Positions 8,711 through 18,112 of a DNA stretch of 64,000 bases are shown here, one piece after another; the stretch's first letter is position 1, and every line of letters starts with the position of its first letter. The translations under genes and the position numbers were made by a program. Under the pieces are notes generated by a model. It was not told the DNA's origin. It did not search any database and saw nothing but the letters and a program-made list of their open reading frames with translations. Source of the stretch: Meiothermus sp. (GTDB lineage: Bacteria; Deinococcota; Deinococci; Deinococcales; Thermaceae); the NCBI GenBank assembly GCA_033762915.1, contig JANRLD010000115.1, positions 110,410 through 174,409 on the forward strand, in the 5' to 3' direction.

Positions 8711-10231
8711 ATGATGGAGAGCGTATTGGTGGCCGCCAGCCTGATGATGGTGGACGTTCCGGGGCCAACGCTGGACGCGGCGACGCGCGCGCATTTGGCC
8801 CAGTACAAGTTCGGCGGGGTGTGCTTGTTTCGCAAAAACATCCAGAACCCCGAGCAGACCCGCAGGCTGGTGGCGGAGTTGCGGGAGGTGCTGGGCGAGG
8901 ACGTCTTGATCGCCATAGACCAGGAGGGCGGGGCGGTGCTGCGGGTGCTCGAGCTGGCCCTGGCCCCGGCCCCAATGGCCATCGGGGCGGTGAACGACCC
9001 CAAGGTGGCCGAGGCGGTGGGTGCGGCCGTCGGGAGGGGCCTGATCTCCCTAGGCATCAACTGGAACTTCGCGCCCTCGCTGGACGTGAACACCGACCCG
9101 CGCAACCCGGTGATCGGCGACCGCTCGTTTGGTTCGAGCCCACAGAAAGTGGCCCGGCTGGGTCTGGCCTGGGTCAAGGGGCTCGAGAGCGCGGGGGTGA
9201 TGGCCTCGGTCAAGCACTTCCCCGGCCACGGCGATACCCACCTCGACTCCCACCACGACCTGCCGACCGTCAACAAGACCCTCGAGCAGCTCGAGGCCAC
9301 CGAACTCTATCCCTTCCGCAAGGCGGTGGAGGCCAACGTCAGCTCGATCATGACCTCGCACATCCGCTTTCCCGCGCTGGACAAGCGCTATCCAGCCACG
9401 CTGTCCAAAAACATCCTGACCGATTTGCTGCGCAAGCGGCTGGGCTACCAGGGCATCATCGTCACCGACGCGCTGGACATGAAGGCCATCAGCGAGAACT
9501 ACGGGCTGGGCCAGGCCGCCGTGCTGAGCGTGAAGGCTGGGGCGGACATGATCCTCTCGCTGGGCAAGCCGGAGGTGCACGCCGCCCAGGCCAGGGCGCT
9601 GGCGGGGGCGATTCAGGACGGGGAGATCGGGAAGGCTCGAGTGGCCGCCAGCCAAGCCCGCCTGCGCTCGGCGGCGCGCAAATTCCCCGCCGTGGCCAGG
9701 CCCTATCGCCCCGCCCAGCTCCGCGCCGACCGCCAGCTGATGCAGCAAGTGGCCCTGGCCAGCATCACCCCCTACCGCGACCCCGTGCGCCCGCGCCGCA
9801 GCGACAAGGTCTTGATCGTCTCGGCGGGCTCGACCTACTCCGGCGGCCCCTACGGCGAGACCCTGGCGGTGGGCGACTTCGCCAAGCTGCTCGAGGCCAA
9901 GTTCCCCAACGTCACCCAGTTCGTCTATGACCCCAAGAGCGCGGGCGAGTTCGCGGACAAGCTCGAGGCCGCCGCCGCCAAGGCTGACTACCTGCTGGTG
10001 GTCTCGGTGGGCCGGGGCGGGCTGGGCGCGGAGGAGGCCGGCCTGCTGCGCCACGCCTTCAGGCTGGGCAAGCGGGCCACCCACGTGGCCCTCTGGAACC
10101 CCTACCACATCCTCACCCTGCGCCAGCCCGCTCTGGTCACCTACGGGTTTAGGCAGCCGACCCTGCATGCGCTGGTCGGCGTGCTGGGCGGTCAGGCGGC
10201 TCGAGGGAAGCTGCCGTTCAAGCTGCGCTAG
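8711..10231 (+). CDS. nagZ: Beta-N-acetylhexosaminidase, GH3
   Basis: IAIDQEGG, KHFPGHGDTHLDSH catalytic loop, IVTDALDM; start chosen at the ATG 7 nt after TAACAT. Confidence 0.92.
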   Translation: MMESVLVAASLMMVDVPGPTLDAATRAHLAQYKFGGVCLFRKNIQNPEQTRRLVAELREVLGEDVLIAIDQEGGAVLRVLELALAPAPMAIGAVNDPKVAEAVGAAVGRGLISLGINWNFAPSLDVNTDPRNPVIGDRSFGSSPQKVARLGLAWVKGLESAGVMASVKHFPGHGDTHLDSHHDLPTVNKTLEQLEATELYPFRKAVEANVSSIMTSHIRFPALDKRYPATLSKNILTDLLRKRLGYQGIIVTDALDMKAISENYGLGQAAVLSVKAGADMILSLGKPEVHAAQARALAGAIQDGEIGKARVAASQARLRSAARKFPAVARPYRPAQLRADRQLMQQVALASITPYRDPVRPRRSDKVLIVSAGSTYSGGPYGETLAVGDFAKLLEAKFPNVTQFVYDPKSAGEFADKLEAAAAKADYLLVVSVGRGGLGAEEAGLLRHAFRLGKRATHVALWNPYHILTLRQPALVTYGFRQPTLHALVGVLGGQAARGKLPFKLR

Positions 10232-10287
10232 TCGGTCAAGGTCGAGGGAGACCTTAGCTGGTCCGGGCGTCCTGCGCCCTGATCTCC

Positions 10288-11073
10288 TCAACCCTCGAGC
10301 GTGTACACGAAGCCCGGCCCGCCGTTCCACAGGCAGTGGTCCACGTTGATGCAGAGGCCATCATTGTACTCCAGGGCCATCGTGACCAGCTGCGGGGGGT
10401 AGCCGATCAGGCCGTAGATGGGGGTGTGGCCGTGGATCAGCCTCGAGCCGCCCAGCACGTAGAGGGCCTCCTGGGTGGGGTCCTCGCCGCCGTTTAGGAA
10501 GGACATACGGGTCGAGAGGCGCTCGGAGAGCTTGTCCCAGGCCCGCAGGTCGTCGGAGCGAAGGATGCCCTCCACGGTGGCGTTGACCTCCTCGAGGCTC
10601 TCGCCGATGTCCAGGTAGGCCAGGGTGTCGGCGTGCATCAGCAGGTTGTCGCCTTCCAGCGCCAGGGCGGGACGGCGGCGCAGCCACTCAACGTGGCGCT
10701 CGGTCAGGCGGGGGAGGTCGCCCTCGGTGCCCCCGACCTGCCGCCAGAGATACTCGAAGGTGACGCTCTTGCCCATGCGCTTAAAGCTGGGCACCAGCTG
10801 GGGGCCGAACAGCTTGGCTGCCAGCAGGAACACGTCGTGGTTACCCAAGAGCGCACCCAACTTACCGCCCGCCTGCGCGGCCTCGGCCTCGAGGCGCATC
10901 ACCAGGTCCAACACCCCCACCCCGTCCGGCCCCCGGTCGGTGAAGTCGCCCAGGAACCACAGCGTACTGTCACCCGCGCTCCAGGCCCCGCCCTCGTCGA
11001 TCAGACCCTCCCGCTTGAGCAGCGCGGTCAGGGGCTCGAGGCAGCCGTGGGTGTCTCCAATCACGTAAAGCAT
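10288..11073 (-). CDS. Calcineurin-like (PPP) metallophosphoesterase
   Basis: GDTHG, GDFTDRG, GNHD, HGHTP motifs. Confidence 0.9.
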   Translation of the reverse strand: MLYVIGDTHGCLEPLTALLKREGLIDEGGAWSAGDSTLWFLGDFTDRGPDGVGVLDLVMRLEAEAAQAGGKLGALLGNHDVFLLAAKLFGPQLVPSFKRMGKSVTFEYLWRQVGGTEGDLPRLTERHVEWLRRRPALALEGDNLLMHADTLAYLDIGESLEEVNATVEGILRSDDLRAWDKLSERLSTRMSFLNGGEDPTQEALYVLGGSRLIHGHTPIYGLIGYPPQLVTMALEYNDGLCINVDHCLWNGGPGFVYTLEG

Positions 11074-11159
11074 AAGTCTAGGGGATTATAAGGGCATGCC
11101 GTGGTAAGGGCGGGTAAAAGCGGCGGGAGGGCAAGATCAACCCCCACCCCCAAGACTGA

Positions 11160-11327
11160 GAGCGGTTCCCACGCATACTCCCTACGGCGCTAAAGCGGGC
11201 GGTTTTTGCTGTAGAGCGGTTGCCACGAACTCTCGGTACGGCGGTTTTTGCCGTACTGAGCGCACTACTCCGCTTTAGCGCACGCTTTAGCGCTGCACCG
11301 TGAGCGGAGTATGGGTGGGAAACGCGA
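11160..11327. mobile_element. MITE-like family A, compound copy
   Basis: GAGCGGTTCCCAC start, second unit from 11214, GTGGGAAACGCGA end; flanked by TGA (11157-11159) and TGA (11328-11330). Confidence 0.8.
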
Positions 11328-11396
11328 TGAGCGGCCCTTGCTGCTGTAGGTCGCCCCCGGCTGCCCATCGCCATCTTTTGCCTTATCATCCCCACT

Positions 11397-11966
11397 GTGA
11401 AGCCTTCGCTCGCTCAGATATTCAGGGCGTTTCTGGGGATCGGTCTGGTGGCCTTCGGCGGCGGGGGGACGGCCCAGGTCTATCATGCCATCGTGCTGCG
11501 GCAGGGCTGGCTGGATGAGCGGGAGTTTCTCGAGACCGCCGCCCTCTGCCGCATCCTGCCCGGCCCGGTCTTCGCCAACCTGGCCGCCCACATCGGCGCG
11601 CGGCTGGGGGGCTGGGGGGGCGGCGCGGCGGCACTGCTGGGCGTGCTCTCCCCGGGGGCCTTGCTGATCCTGGCCCTGACCTGGGCCTACTTCCGCTTCG
11701 GGGCCATGCCCGGCTCCGCCGCCAACCAGGTGCTAACCGGGGTCACCGCCGCTGCCATCGGGCTGATCCTGGCCTCCATGCTGCGGATGGCTCCCGCCGC
11801 CCTGGACTCGCTGAAGGCCGCCGCCCTGGCCCTGGTGGTCTTCGTCACCTACGGCCTGCTGCACTGGCCGCTGCTGCTGGTTCTGCTGGCGACGGTACCG
11901 GCGGGGGTGGCGCTGTATTGGCGGGAGGCGGGAGGCGAGAAGCAGGAGGCCGAAGGCGATCCATGA
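11397..11966 (+). CDS. Short-chain chromate transporter (ChrA family), subunit 1
   Basis: GLVAFGGGG, WLDEREF, ILPGP motifs. Confidence 0.9.
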   Translation: MKPSLAQIFRAFLGIGLVAFGGGGTAQVYHAIVLRQGWLDEREFLETAALCRILPGPVFANLAAHIGARLGGWGGGAAALLGVLSPGALLILALTWAYFRFGAMPGSAANQVLTGVTAAAIGLILASMLRMAPAALDSLKAAALALVVFVTYGLLHWPLLLVLLATVPAGVALYWREAGGEKQEAEGDP

Positions 11967-12481
11967 CCGAACTTTTCGACGTCTTCCTGACCTTTCTCCG
12001 CATCGGCGTGCTCAGCTTCGGGGGCGGGATGGCCAACCTGCCGGAGATGAGCCGGATTCTGATCGAAAACGGCTGGGTGAGCCGGCAGGAGTTCGCCGAC
12101 GGCTTTGCACTGGGGCAGTTCGTACCGGGGCCGAACATGCTGGCGGTGCTGTTCTACGGCTTCGCCGCGACGGGCTTCGGGGGAGCGCTGGCGGCAGCGC
12201 TGGGGATGTTCCTGCCGGGAGCGCTGGGGGCGATCCTGCTGGTGCGGGGCTGGGAGATCATGGCCAGGGCTCGGTGGAGCCGGGCGCTGCGCAAGGCGCT
12301 GGTGCCGGTGGGGTTCGGGCTGTCGGGGAGCATGGTGGTGGTGCTGGTGCAGCTCAGCCTCGAGGCCTGGCTGTGGTTCGCCGTAGCCGCTGTGGCTACC
12401 GGGCTAATCTACCGTGGGGCCAGCGTCATCGCCGTAATCGCGGGCGGGGCGATGGTCGGTCTATTGGTAAGTTTGGCTTAG
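11963..12481 (+). CDS. Short-chain chromate transporter (ChrA family), subunit 2
   Basis: GVLSFGGG, GQFVPGPN; ATGA overlap with subunit 1. Confidence 0.9.
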   Translation: MTELFDVFLTFLRIGVLSFGGGMANLPEMSRILIENGWVSRQEFADGFALGQFVPGPNMLAVLFYGFAATGFGGALAAALGMFLPGALGAILLVRGWEIMARARWSRALRKALVPVGFGLSGSMVVVLVQLSLEAWLWFAVAAVATGLIYRGASVIAVIAGGAMVGLLVSLA

Positions 12482-12507
12482 GTCGGTCGAAAAGTTGAAA
12501 AGGTAAA

Positions 12508-12621
12508 TCGCGTTTCCCACCCATGCTCCACTCACAGTGCGGCGCCAAAGCAGGCGCTAAAGCGGAGCAGTGCGCTCAGTACAGCAAAAACTGCCATACC
12601 GAGTGTTCGTGGGAACCGCTC
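12508..12621. mobile_element. MITE-like family A, inverted copy
   Basis: Reverse complement of 11214-11327 with scattered substitutions. Confidence 0.8.
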
Positions 12622-12630
12622 TTATCCTCA

Positions 12631-13434
12631 TTACTTCGACCACTCGAGGCCTATGGTCCGCTCGGTCGGCTCGAAGCCGACGGACTGGTACAAGTCTTTG
12701 GCAAAGTAGTTCTGGTCGGCCAGGATCACCAAATCCTTCGCGCCTAACTCCTCGAAGCCATAGCGGGCGACGTGGTACAAGAGGGTGCCCGCCATCCCTT
12801 GACGGCGAAAGTCCGGGTGGGTGTCGACCGACTGAAAACGTCCCAGCCCGTCCCGCACGAACAGCCCCATCGAGGCCGCCAGTCTGCCGTCCACAAACGC
12901 CCCGAACCAGTCGCCCCAGCCTGCCGCGATCATCCGGCCGTACTCAGCGATGCGCCTCTCAAGAAACGTCGCGTAGCCCTCGCCCTCGCGCTCGTCTTCG
13001 GGCAGGACGGAGTTCTGGTACATGGCCAGCTCGAGCCACTGTGCCCAGTCCTCGTCCGAGTTGAAGGGGCGACAGACGCAGGCAGTGTTGAGGGTGCGGG
13101 GTGGTTTCACCACTTTAGCAGTCTGCACCACGGTCTCGTCCAGCCAGAAGCCCGCGTCCACGAACTCCTGGGCCGCGCCTCGCTCGCCAGTTTGGGTGTC
13201 CCAGCCAAAGACCAGGTGGTTCAGCTCGCCCAACTCCTGCTTGAAGAGGGCTTTCCAGCGTTCCAGGTCGCCGGGCTCGGGCGGCCTGTAGAAGCTCAGG
13301 TAGTTGCCCCAGCGATAGCCGGGGTTCTGCGGTGTGCGGATCACGGCGTACTCGGGCTTGTACTCCACCGAGCCCTCGAAGCTGCGGAGCATCAGCTCGG
13401 TGCGGATGCCCAGGGATTTGATCGGGCTGCTCAC
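12631..13434 (-). CDS. GNAT family N-acetyltransferase (array gene 11)
   Basis: SVDTHPDFRRQGMA acetyl-CoA motif; LYQSVGF. Confidence 0.88.
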   Translation of the reverse strand: MSSPIKSLGIRTELMLRSFEGSVEYKPEYAVIRTPQNPGYRWGNYLSFYRPPEPGDLERWKALFKQELGELNHLVFGWDTQTGERGAAQEFVDAGFWLDETVVQTAKVVKPPRTLNTACVCRPFNSDEDWAQWLELAMYQNSVLPEDEREGEGYATFLERRIAEYGRMIAAGWGDWFGAFVDGRLAASMGLFVRDGLGRFQSVDTHPDFRRQGMAGTLLYHVARYGFEELGAKDLVILADQNYFAKDLYQSVGFEPTERTIGLEWSK

Positions 13435-14387
13435 GGGATGTCCTTGGCGAGGTCTATTAGGGCGGGCTGCTTGACGAAGCCCAGACGCTCGTTGATCGAG
13501 AGTATGGCCGTGTTGTTCGACTCGTTCACGGTGCGAATCCGCTCGATGCCGTGAGCCCTAGCATACTCGAGGCCCTGCAGCTTGAGCGCCAGCGCCAGCC
13601 CCTTGCGGCGGTGTGCCCGCCTGACCCCAGTGACGCCGTTGGACAGCTCGGGCAGTGGCTGCTTCGACCACAGCTCGCTCATGCCCGCGAACTCGCCGTC
13701 CGGCGCGAGGGCGAAAAACACCGCCCCCGGCAGATAGTCTTTGCTCGCGAAAACCTGCTCGGTGTAGCGCTCGAAGCTGGGCCAGGTCTCCTCCTCGGAC
13801 AGCGGCACATCGCGAATGAGTTCGCCCTCGAGCCGCCACATCTCCCGCCGTGCCGCCTCGGTGTCGCCCAGCTCGGCCATGCTGACGATGCGGTAGCCTT
13901 GGGCCTGGAGTTTTTGTTGGCAGCTGGCATAGGGCGCGAAGACGAAGTGTTGCACCTCGAGCACGCACTCCCAGCTCCGCAGCGTCTCGACAAAACCGCG
14001 CTTCCGGGCAAAATGAGTTGCGGCGGGCCTGTCCTCGCGGACGGTGGAGATTAGGCGGTTGGGCTTGTGTGGCGCGGCCTTCTCGAGCAACAGGTCGTAG
14101 AGCCTTCCGCCGATCCCCCGGTTCTGAAAATCGGGATGTACTTGGAGGTACACCACAAACTTCTGCGGGTGGTACATCCACTCGCTGTGGTTGATGGTCC
14201 CGTAAGCGACGACGCGCCCGTCCAGCTCGACCACGTGCTGCTCGAACACCAAATCGGCTCTGCGCTTGGCCTCGGCCTCGAGTTGGCGCTCGAGCGTCGT
14301 GGGCGAGTCGGGCCAATTGAGGTTATTGATCTCGAGGGTAGGAGGATGGTCGGCGGGGGTGAAGGGCCGGAAGTGGAGGGGCATCAC
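13431..14387 (-). CDS. Tandem-domain GNAT acetyltransferase (array gene 10)
   Basis: VHPDFQNRGIG and TGVRRAHRRKGLALALK..NESNNTAILSINERLGF. Confidence 0.9.
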   Translation of the reverse strand: MMPLHFRPFTPADHPPTLEINNLNWPDSPTTLERQLEAEAKRRADLVFEQHVVELDGRVVAYGTINHSEWMYHPQKFVVYLQVHPDFQNRGIGGRLYDLLLEKAAPHKPNRLISTVREDRPAATHFARKRGFVETLRSWECVLEVQHFVFAPYASCQQKLQAQGYRIVSMAELGDTEAARREMWRLEGELIRDVPLSEEETWPSFERYTEQVFASKDYLPGAVFFALAPDGEFAGMSELWSKQPLPELSNGVTGVRRAHRRKGLALALKLQGLEYARAHGIERIRTVNESNNTAILSINERLGFVKQPALIDLAKDIP

Positions 14388-15346
14388 TCCCCCCTCAGCA
14401 GCTTGCGCAACGAGATCTGGGCCGGGCCGCGCGCGAAGCCCAGCTTTTCGTTGATGGCCAGCATGGGGGCATTAAGCGAGTCGTTGTCGGTGCGGATGGT
14501 CTCGAAGCCGCCCGCCTGGGCGTACTGCACCGTGCGGAGCTTGAGGGCCAGGGCGATCTTGCGCCCACGGTAGGCGCGGCGGGTGCCGGTGAACCAGTGG
14601 TCGAGGCCTTTGGTATCGGTGATGCTGTAGAGGCAGCTCATCCCCACCCAGCGCTCCCCGTCCAGCGCGATGAAGAATGCCCCCGGATCGAACTCGGGGC
14701 CTTCGGCCAACACATTGGCCCGGAAGAACTCGAGGCTGATCGGTGTGGCGGGCTCGGAGCGCGGGGTATCTACACGGATGTCGGAGAAGAGTTCGTGCAG
14801 CTTTTCGTCGGCCTTGGGATCGGCGGCGCTCAGCTCGGCAAAGGTATGGATGCGGATGGGCGAGATGTCGAGGCCCGCGAAGGGCTCGAGGTTGATCTTG
14901 GCGACCTCGAGGACGCTCACCCAGTCGCGCTTGGTCTCCTCGTAGCCCCGATCTTGAAAGAACCGCACCGCCCTGGTCTGGTTCTCGCGCACCGGAACCC
15001 GCAGCGAGAGCGGGTTTAGGGGTCGAAGCTCGTCGAGCAGCTTTTGATACAGCGCCTTGCCGATGCCCTGCCCGTGCCGGTCGGGGTGTACGAACAGCTC
15101 AAACCCGAACTTTTGCGGGTGGTAGGCGCCAGGGTTGGTACCGAAGTCCAAAAAGCCGAGGGGTCGGCCTTCGGCCTCGGCCACAAAGCGGGTGCGGCGG
15201 AAGCGGGGCTCGAGGGTGGCCTCGAGTTTGTAGTTTTCCATCGTGCGCGGCCAGTCGGGGTTGAGCAAATTCCACAACTCGACCATCACGGCGTAGTCGG
15301 CGTCGGCAAACGGGCGGATCAGATGGTCTTGCTGAAGTCCAGCCAT
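14384..15346 (-). CDS. Tandem-domain GNAT acetyltransferase (array gene 9)
   Basis: VHPDRHGQGIG and TGTRRAYRGRKIALALK..NAPMLAINEKLGF. Confidence 0.9.
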   Translation of the reverse strand: MAGLQQDHLIRPFADADYAVMVELWNLLNPDWPRTMENYKLEATLEPRFRRTRFVAEAEGRPLGFLDFGTNPGAYHPQKFGFELFVHPDRHGQGIGKALYQKLLDELRPLNPLSLRVPVRENQTRAVRFFQDRGYEETKRDWVSVLEVAKINLEPFAGLDISPIRIHTFAELSAADPKADEKLHELFSDIRVDTPRSEPATPISLEFFRANVLAEGPEFDPGAFFIALDGERWVGMSCLYSITDTKGLDHWFTGTRRAYRGRKIALALKLRTVQYAQAGGFETIRTDNDSLNAPMLAINEKLGFARGPAQISLRKLLRGE

Positions 15347-16209
15347 TGGTTGATCTCCTTGAATCCGGCGGATTGATAGAACTCGAGGGTGTCCGGCTCG
15401 CAGGCGACATACGCTGTCTTGGCGCCCAACGCTTTTAGACGGCGGAAGCCCTCGGTTAGCACTGCTCGGCCCAGACCCCGGCGCTCGAAGCCTGGGCGGG
15501 TGCCCACCGGCTCGAACTCCCCGTTCTGGTTAACGGGGTCGTACCAGACGATGCAGTACGAGGCGAAGCGACCCTCGGGAGTCACGGTCACCAGGTCGAG
15601 ATCGGGGCGGTACAGAGGAGCCGAGGAGCGGATGTTGAGGTAGCTTTCCAGAGTGAACCTAGAGGGGTGCCAGACCTCGAGGTGGATGCCCACCCGTTCG
15701 TCAATTTCGTGCGGCTCGGGGTGGCGCACCACGAAACCTTCAGGTAGCCTGGGCGGGAGGATTTCGTCGTCCAGGGGGCGCTCGAGGAAATACATCATGA
15801 AGTCGTCTTGGGCGTACCCCAGGGATTGCACGACCCCGATGGTCTCGAGGTTGCTGCGGGCGACGCTGGTAATCAACCTGGCCTGGGGGTCGAGGTTTTG
15901 GGCATGGGCCTCGGCATGGGCAACCATCTGTCGGAGCAATTCAGAGCGCAGCTCGAGGGGCAACCAGGGGGCCACGTAGGGGTCGAACTTCGCCCGCTTC
16001 TGCAACACGAAGCCCGCCACCACGCCGTCTTGCTCCCAGATATGCATCTCCTTCTCGGGCTTGTAGTGGATGTGCTGGAGGACGCCCCAAACCACATCGC
16101 CGGGGCACATGAACTCGCTGGGCGTGACCGCGTGTTGCCAACATTTGCCCGCGAAGGTGGTCAGCGCCTCGAGGTCGCCCGGGAGGTAAGGTCTCGAGGT
16201 GAGCATCAT
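15319..16209 (-). CDS. GNAT acetyltransferase, different subfamily (array gene 8)
   Basis: EFEPVGTRPGFERRGLG; FYQSAGF. Confidence 0.85.
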   Translation of the reverse strand: MMLTSRPYLPGDLEALTTFAGKCWQHAVTPSEFMCPGDVVWGVLQHIHYKPEKEMHIWEQDGVVAGFVLQKRAKFDPYVAPWLPLELRSELLRQMVAHAEAHAQNLDPQARLITSVARSNLETIGVVQSLGYAQDDFMMYFLERPLDDEILPPRLPEGFVVRHPEPHEIDERVGIHLEVWHPSRFTLESYLNIRSSAPLYRPDLDLVTVTPEGRFASYCIVWYDPVNQNGEFEPVGTRPGFERRGLGRAVLTEGFRRLKALGAKTAYVACEPDTLEFYQSAGFKEINQWLDFSKTI

Positions 16210-17168
16210 TCCCCTTTCAGTACCTTAGCCAAATCAATCCAGGCGGGCAGCTTTTCAAAACCCAAGGCTTCGTTGATGCCCAGCATCGAGCGGTTGGTCT
16301 GGGCGTTCTCGGTGCGAACCGCCGTCTTACCCAGTTCCTTGGCGCGGCTGAGGGCTGCCACCTTGAGGGCCAGCGCCACACCCCTGTGCCGGTGTTCGCG
16401 CCGCACGGTGGTGAAGCCGGTGCCCAGGTCGTTGTCGGCACGCCGATTAAACAGCATCGAAACCCCCGCGTATTCGCCGTTCTTGACCGCCAAAAACCAC
16501 AGCGCGGGGTCGAAGTCGGGGCTACCGCGGACGTTTTCCCAGTAGCGTTCTTGGGTGGGGAAGGTGAAGGACTCACCGGGCGGCAGGGGCACGTCGTGGC
16601 TGCCCGCGTGGTCGAGCTCGTACATCTTGCGCTCGTAGTCGGGGTCGGACTCGAGGTCTTTCAGGGTCTTAATCTCGTAGCCCGAGTCCAGCACCTTCTG
16701 CACATCCTTGGCCCAGTACACGGGGTCGAACTTAACCATCTCGAGCCGGGACTCCCAGGCCCTAAACTCCTCGTGAAATCCCCGCTTCTCGGCAAATCTC
16801 AGCGCCTCGGGTTTGTCGGCGCGGGTCGAGGCCACCAGCTTGACGGGATCGTAGGGCTCGAGCTCGGTCATCATCCGCTCGTACAAGGCGGTGCCAATGC
16901 CCTGACCCTGGTGCGCGGGGTCGACCGTCAGCCCCACAGAGAACTTCTGCGGGTGGTACATCCACTCCATGTGGAAAAACCCGCCGATTCCCAGCACCAT
17001 CCCGGCTTGCTCGGCTACCAGGCGGCGCAGGATCAGTCCCGGCTTGACCCGCCGGTCGGCGGCCTCGAGGGTCTCCGGCAGCACCAGGTTGTCGGGCCAG
17101 TTGGCGTTGCGGACCCGGGCCAGTGCCGGGTAGTCGGTGGGCGTGAAGGGGCGGATTACAAGATTCAT
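16206..17168 (-). CDS. Tandem-domain GNAT acetyltransferase (array gene 7)
   Basis: Start MNLVIRPF; VDPAHQGQGIG and TTVRREHRHRGVALALK..NRSMLGINEALGF. Confidence 0.9.
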   Translation of the reverse strand: MNLVIRPFTPTDYPALARVRNANWPDNLVLPETLEAADRRVKPGLILRRLVAEQAGMVLGIGGFFHMEWMYHPQKFSVGLTVDPAHQGQGIGTALYERMMTELEPYDPVKLVASTRADKPEALRFAEKRGFHEEFRAWESRLEMVKFDPVYWAKDVQKVLDSGYEIKTLKDLESDPDYERKMYELDHAGSHDVPLPPGESFTFPTQERYWENVRGSPDFDPALWFLAVKNGEYAGVSMLFNRRADNDLGTGFTTVRREHRHRGVALALKVAALSRAKELGKTAVRTENAQTNRSMLGINEALGFEKLPAWIDLAKVLKGE

Positions 17169-18112
17169 GAAGTCTCCTGAAAGTTGACGAAGTAGTGCCC
17201 GCCTACGTCGGTGCGCCCGACCCGCTTGGCGGTGCGGAGCATCGGGGCATTGACCGCCCCAATCGTGCCGAAGAGGGCATCGCCGCCGCTGTCTTCCAGC
17301 AACTCGACCAGGCTGCGCTGCACCGCCACACCCAGGCCCGCCCCGCGAAAAGCCTGCTCGAGGGCGATCTCGATCATGTAGTAGCCCGTCGCCCCCACGT
17401 CCTGGCTGCGCGAGACCACCGTCACGCCCGCCCACTGGCCGTCCACGAAAATCTCGTAGACCAAGGCGGTCTCGAGGTAGTGCGCCATGTCCTCCCGGCT
17501 CTCCTGGCGCGACACGTCGGGCATCCAGAGGCGCTCGGCGAAGAGTTGGACGTACATGGCGGCGTAGCGGGGGTAGAACTCGAGGTCGCGGGCGCGGCAC
17601 AGCTCGAGGCGATCCATGCCCTCGGGCCTGGGACGCTGGCGGATGGCTTCCAGAAAGCCCAGCATGTAGCGCTTGTCGCCCGCGCAGCCCGCGAACTGGT
17701 ACGGCAGGTGAGCGCTTTGATAGACCCGCCAGCGCTGGGGCTTGAAGGAAGCGAACTCGCGGCGTAGCAGTTCAGTTATGGCCTCCTTCTCTCTGTCGCT
17801 CTCGAGCGGCCTACTGATCCGCGCCACCTCCACGAAGGGGCGGCCCAAGTCCATCCCGAAGAAGCGGATGCCCGCGATCAGGCGGCGACCCTGCGCCTCG
17901 AGCAGTCGGTGCTTGAACATCTGCGCGGGCAGCCCCAACGCGGCGCAGTTGCCGCCGAACTCTTCGGCGAAGGCATCCGTGAAGAACTCCACCGCGTCGG
18001 TCTCCACTTCGGGCCGCCAGTGCTCGCGGAGCTGGGCGGGGGTGTAGGCGCTCCGCACGAGCGGGTGGGTCTGCTCGAGGGCATGCCCCAGGAACTCCTC
18101 GAGCAGACTCAA
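17165..18112 (-). CDS. Divergent protein with C-terminal GNAT-like domain (array gene 6)
   Basis: IEIALEQAFRGAGLG and NAPMLRTAKRVG; overlaps both neighbours by 4 nt. Confidence 0.7.
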   Translation of the reverse strand: MSLLEEFLGHALEQTHPLVRSAYTPAQLREHWRPEVETDAVEFFTDAFAEEFGGNCAALGLPAQMFKHRLLEAQGRRLIAGIRFFGMDLGRPFVEVARISRPLESDREKEAITELLRREFASFKPQRWRVYQSAHLPYQFAGCAGDKRYMLGFLEAIRQRPRPEGMDRLELCRARDLEFYPRYAAMYVQLFAERLWMPDVSRQESREDMAHYLETALVYEIFVDGQWAGVTVVSRSQDVGATGYYMIEIALEQAFRGAGLGVAVQRSLVELLEDSGGDALFGTIGAVNAPMLRTAKRVGRTDVGGHYFVNFQETS

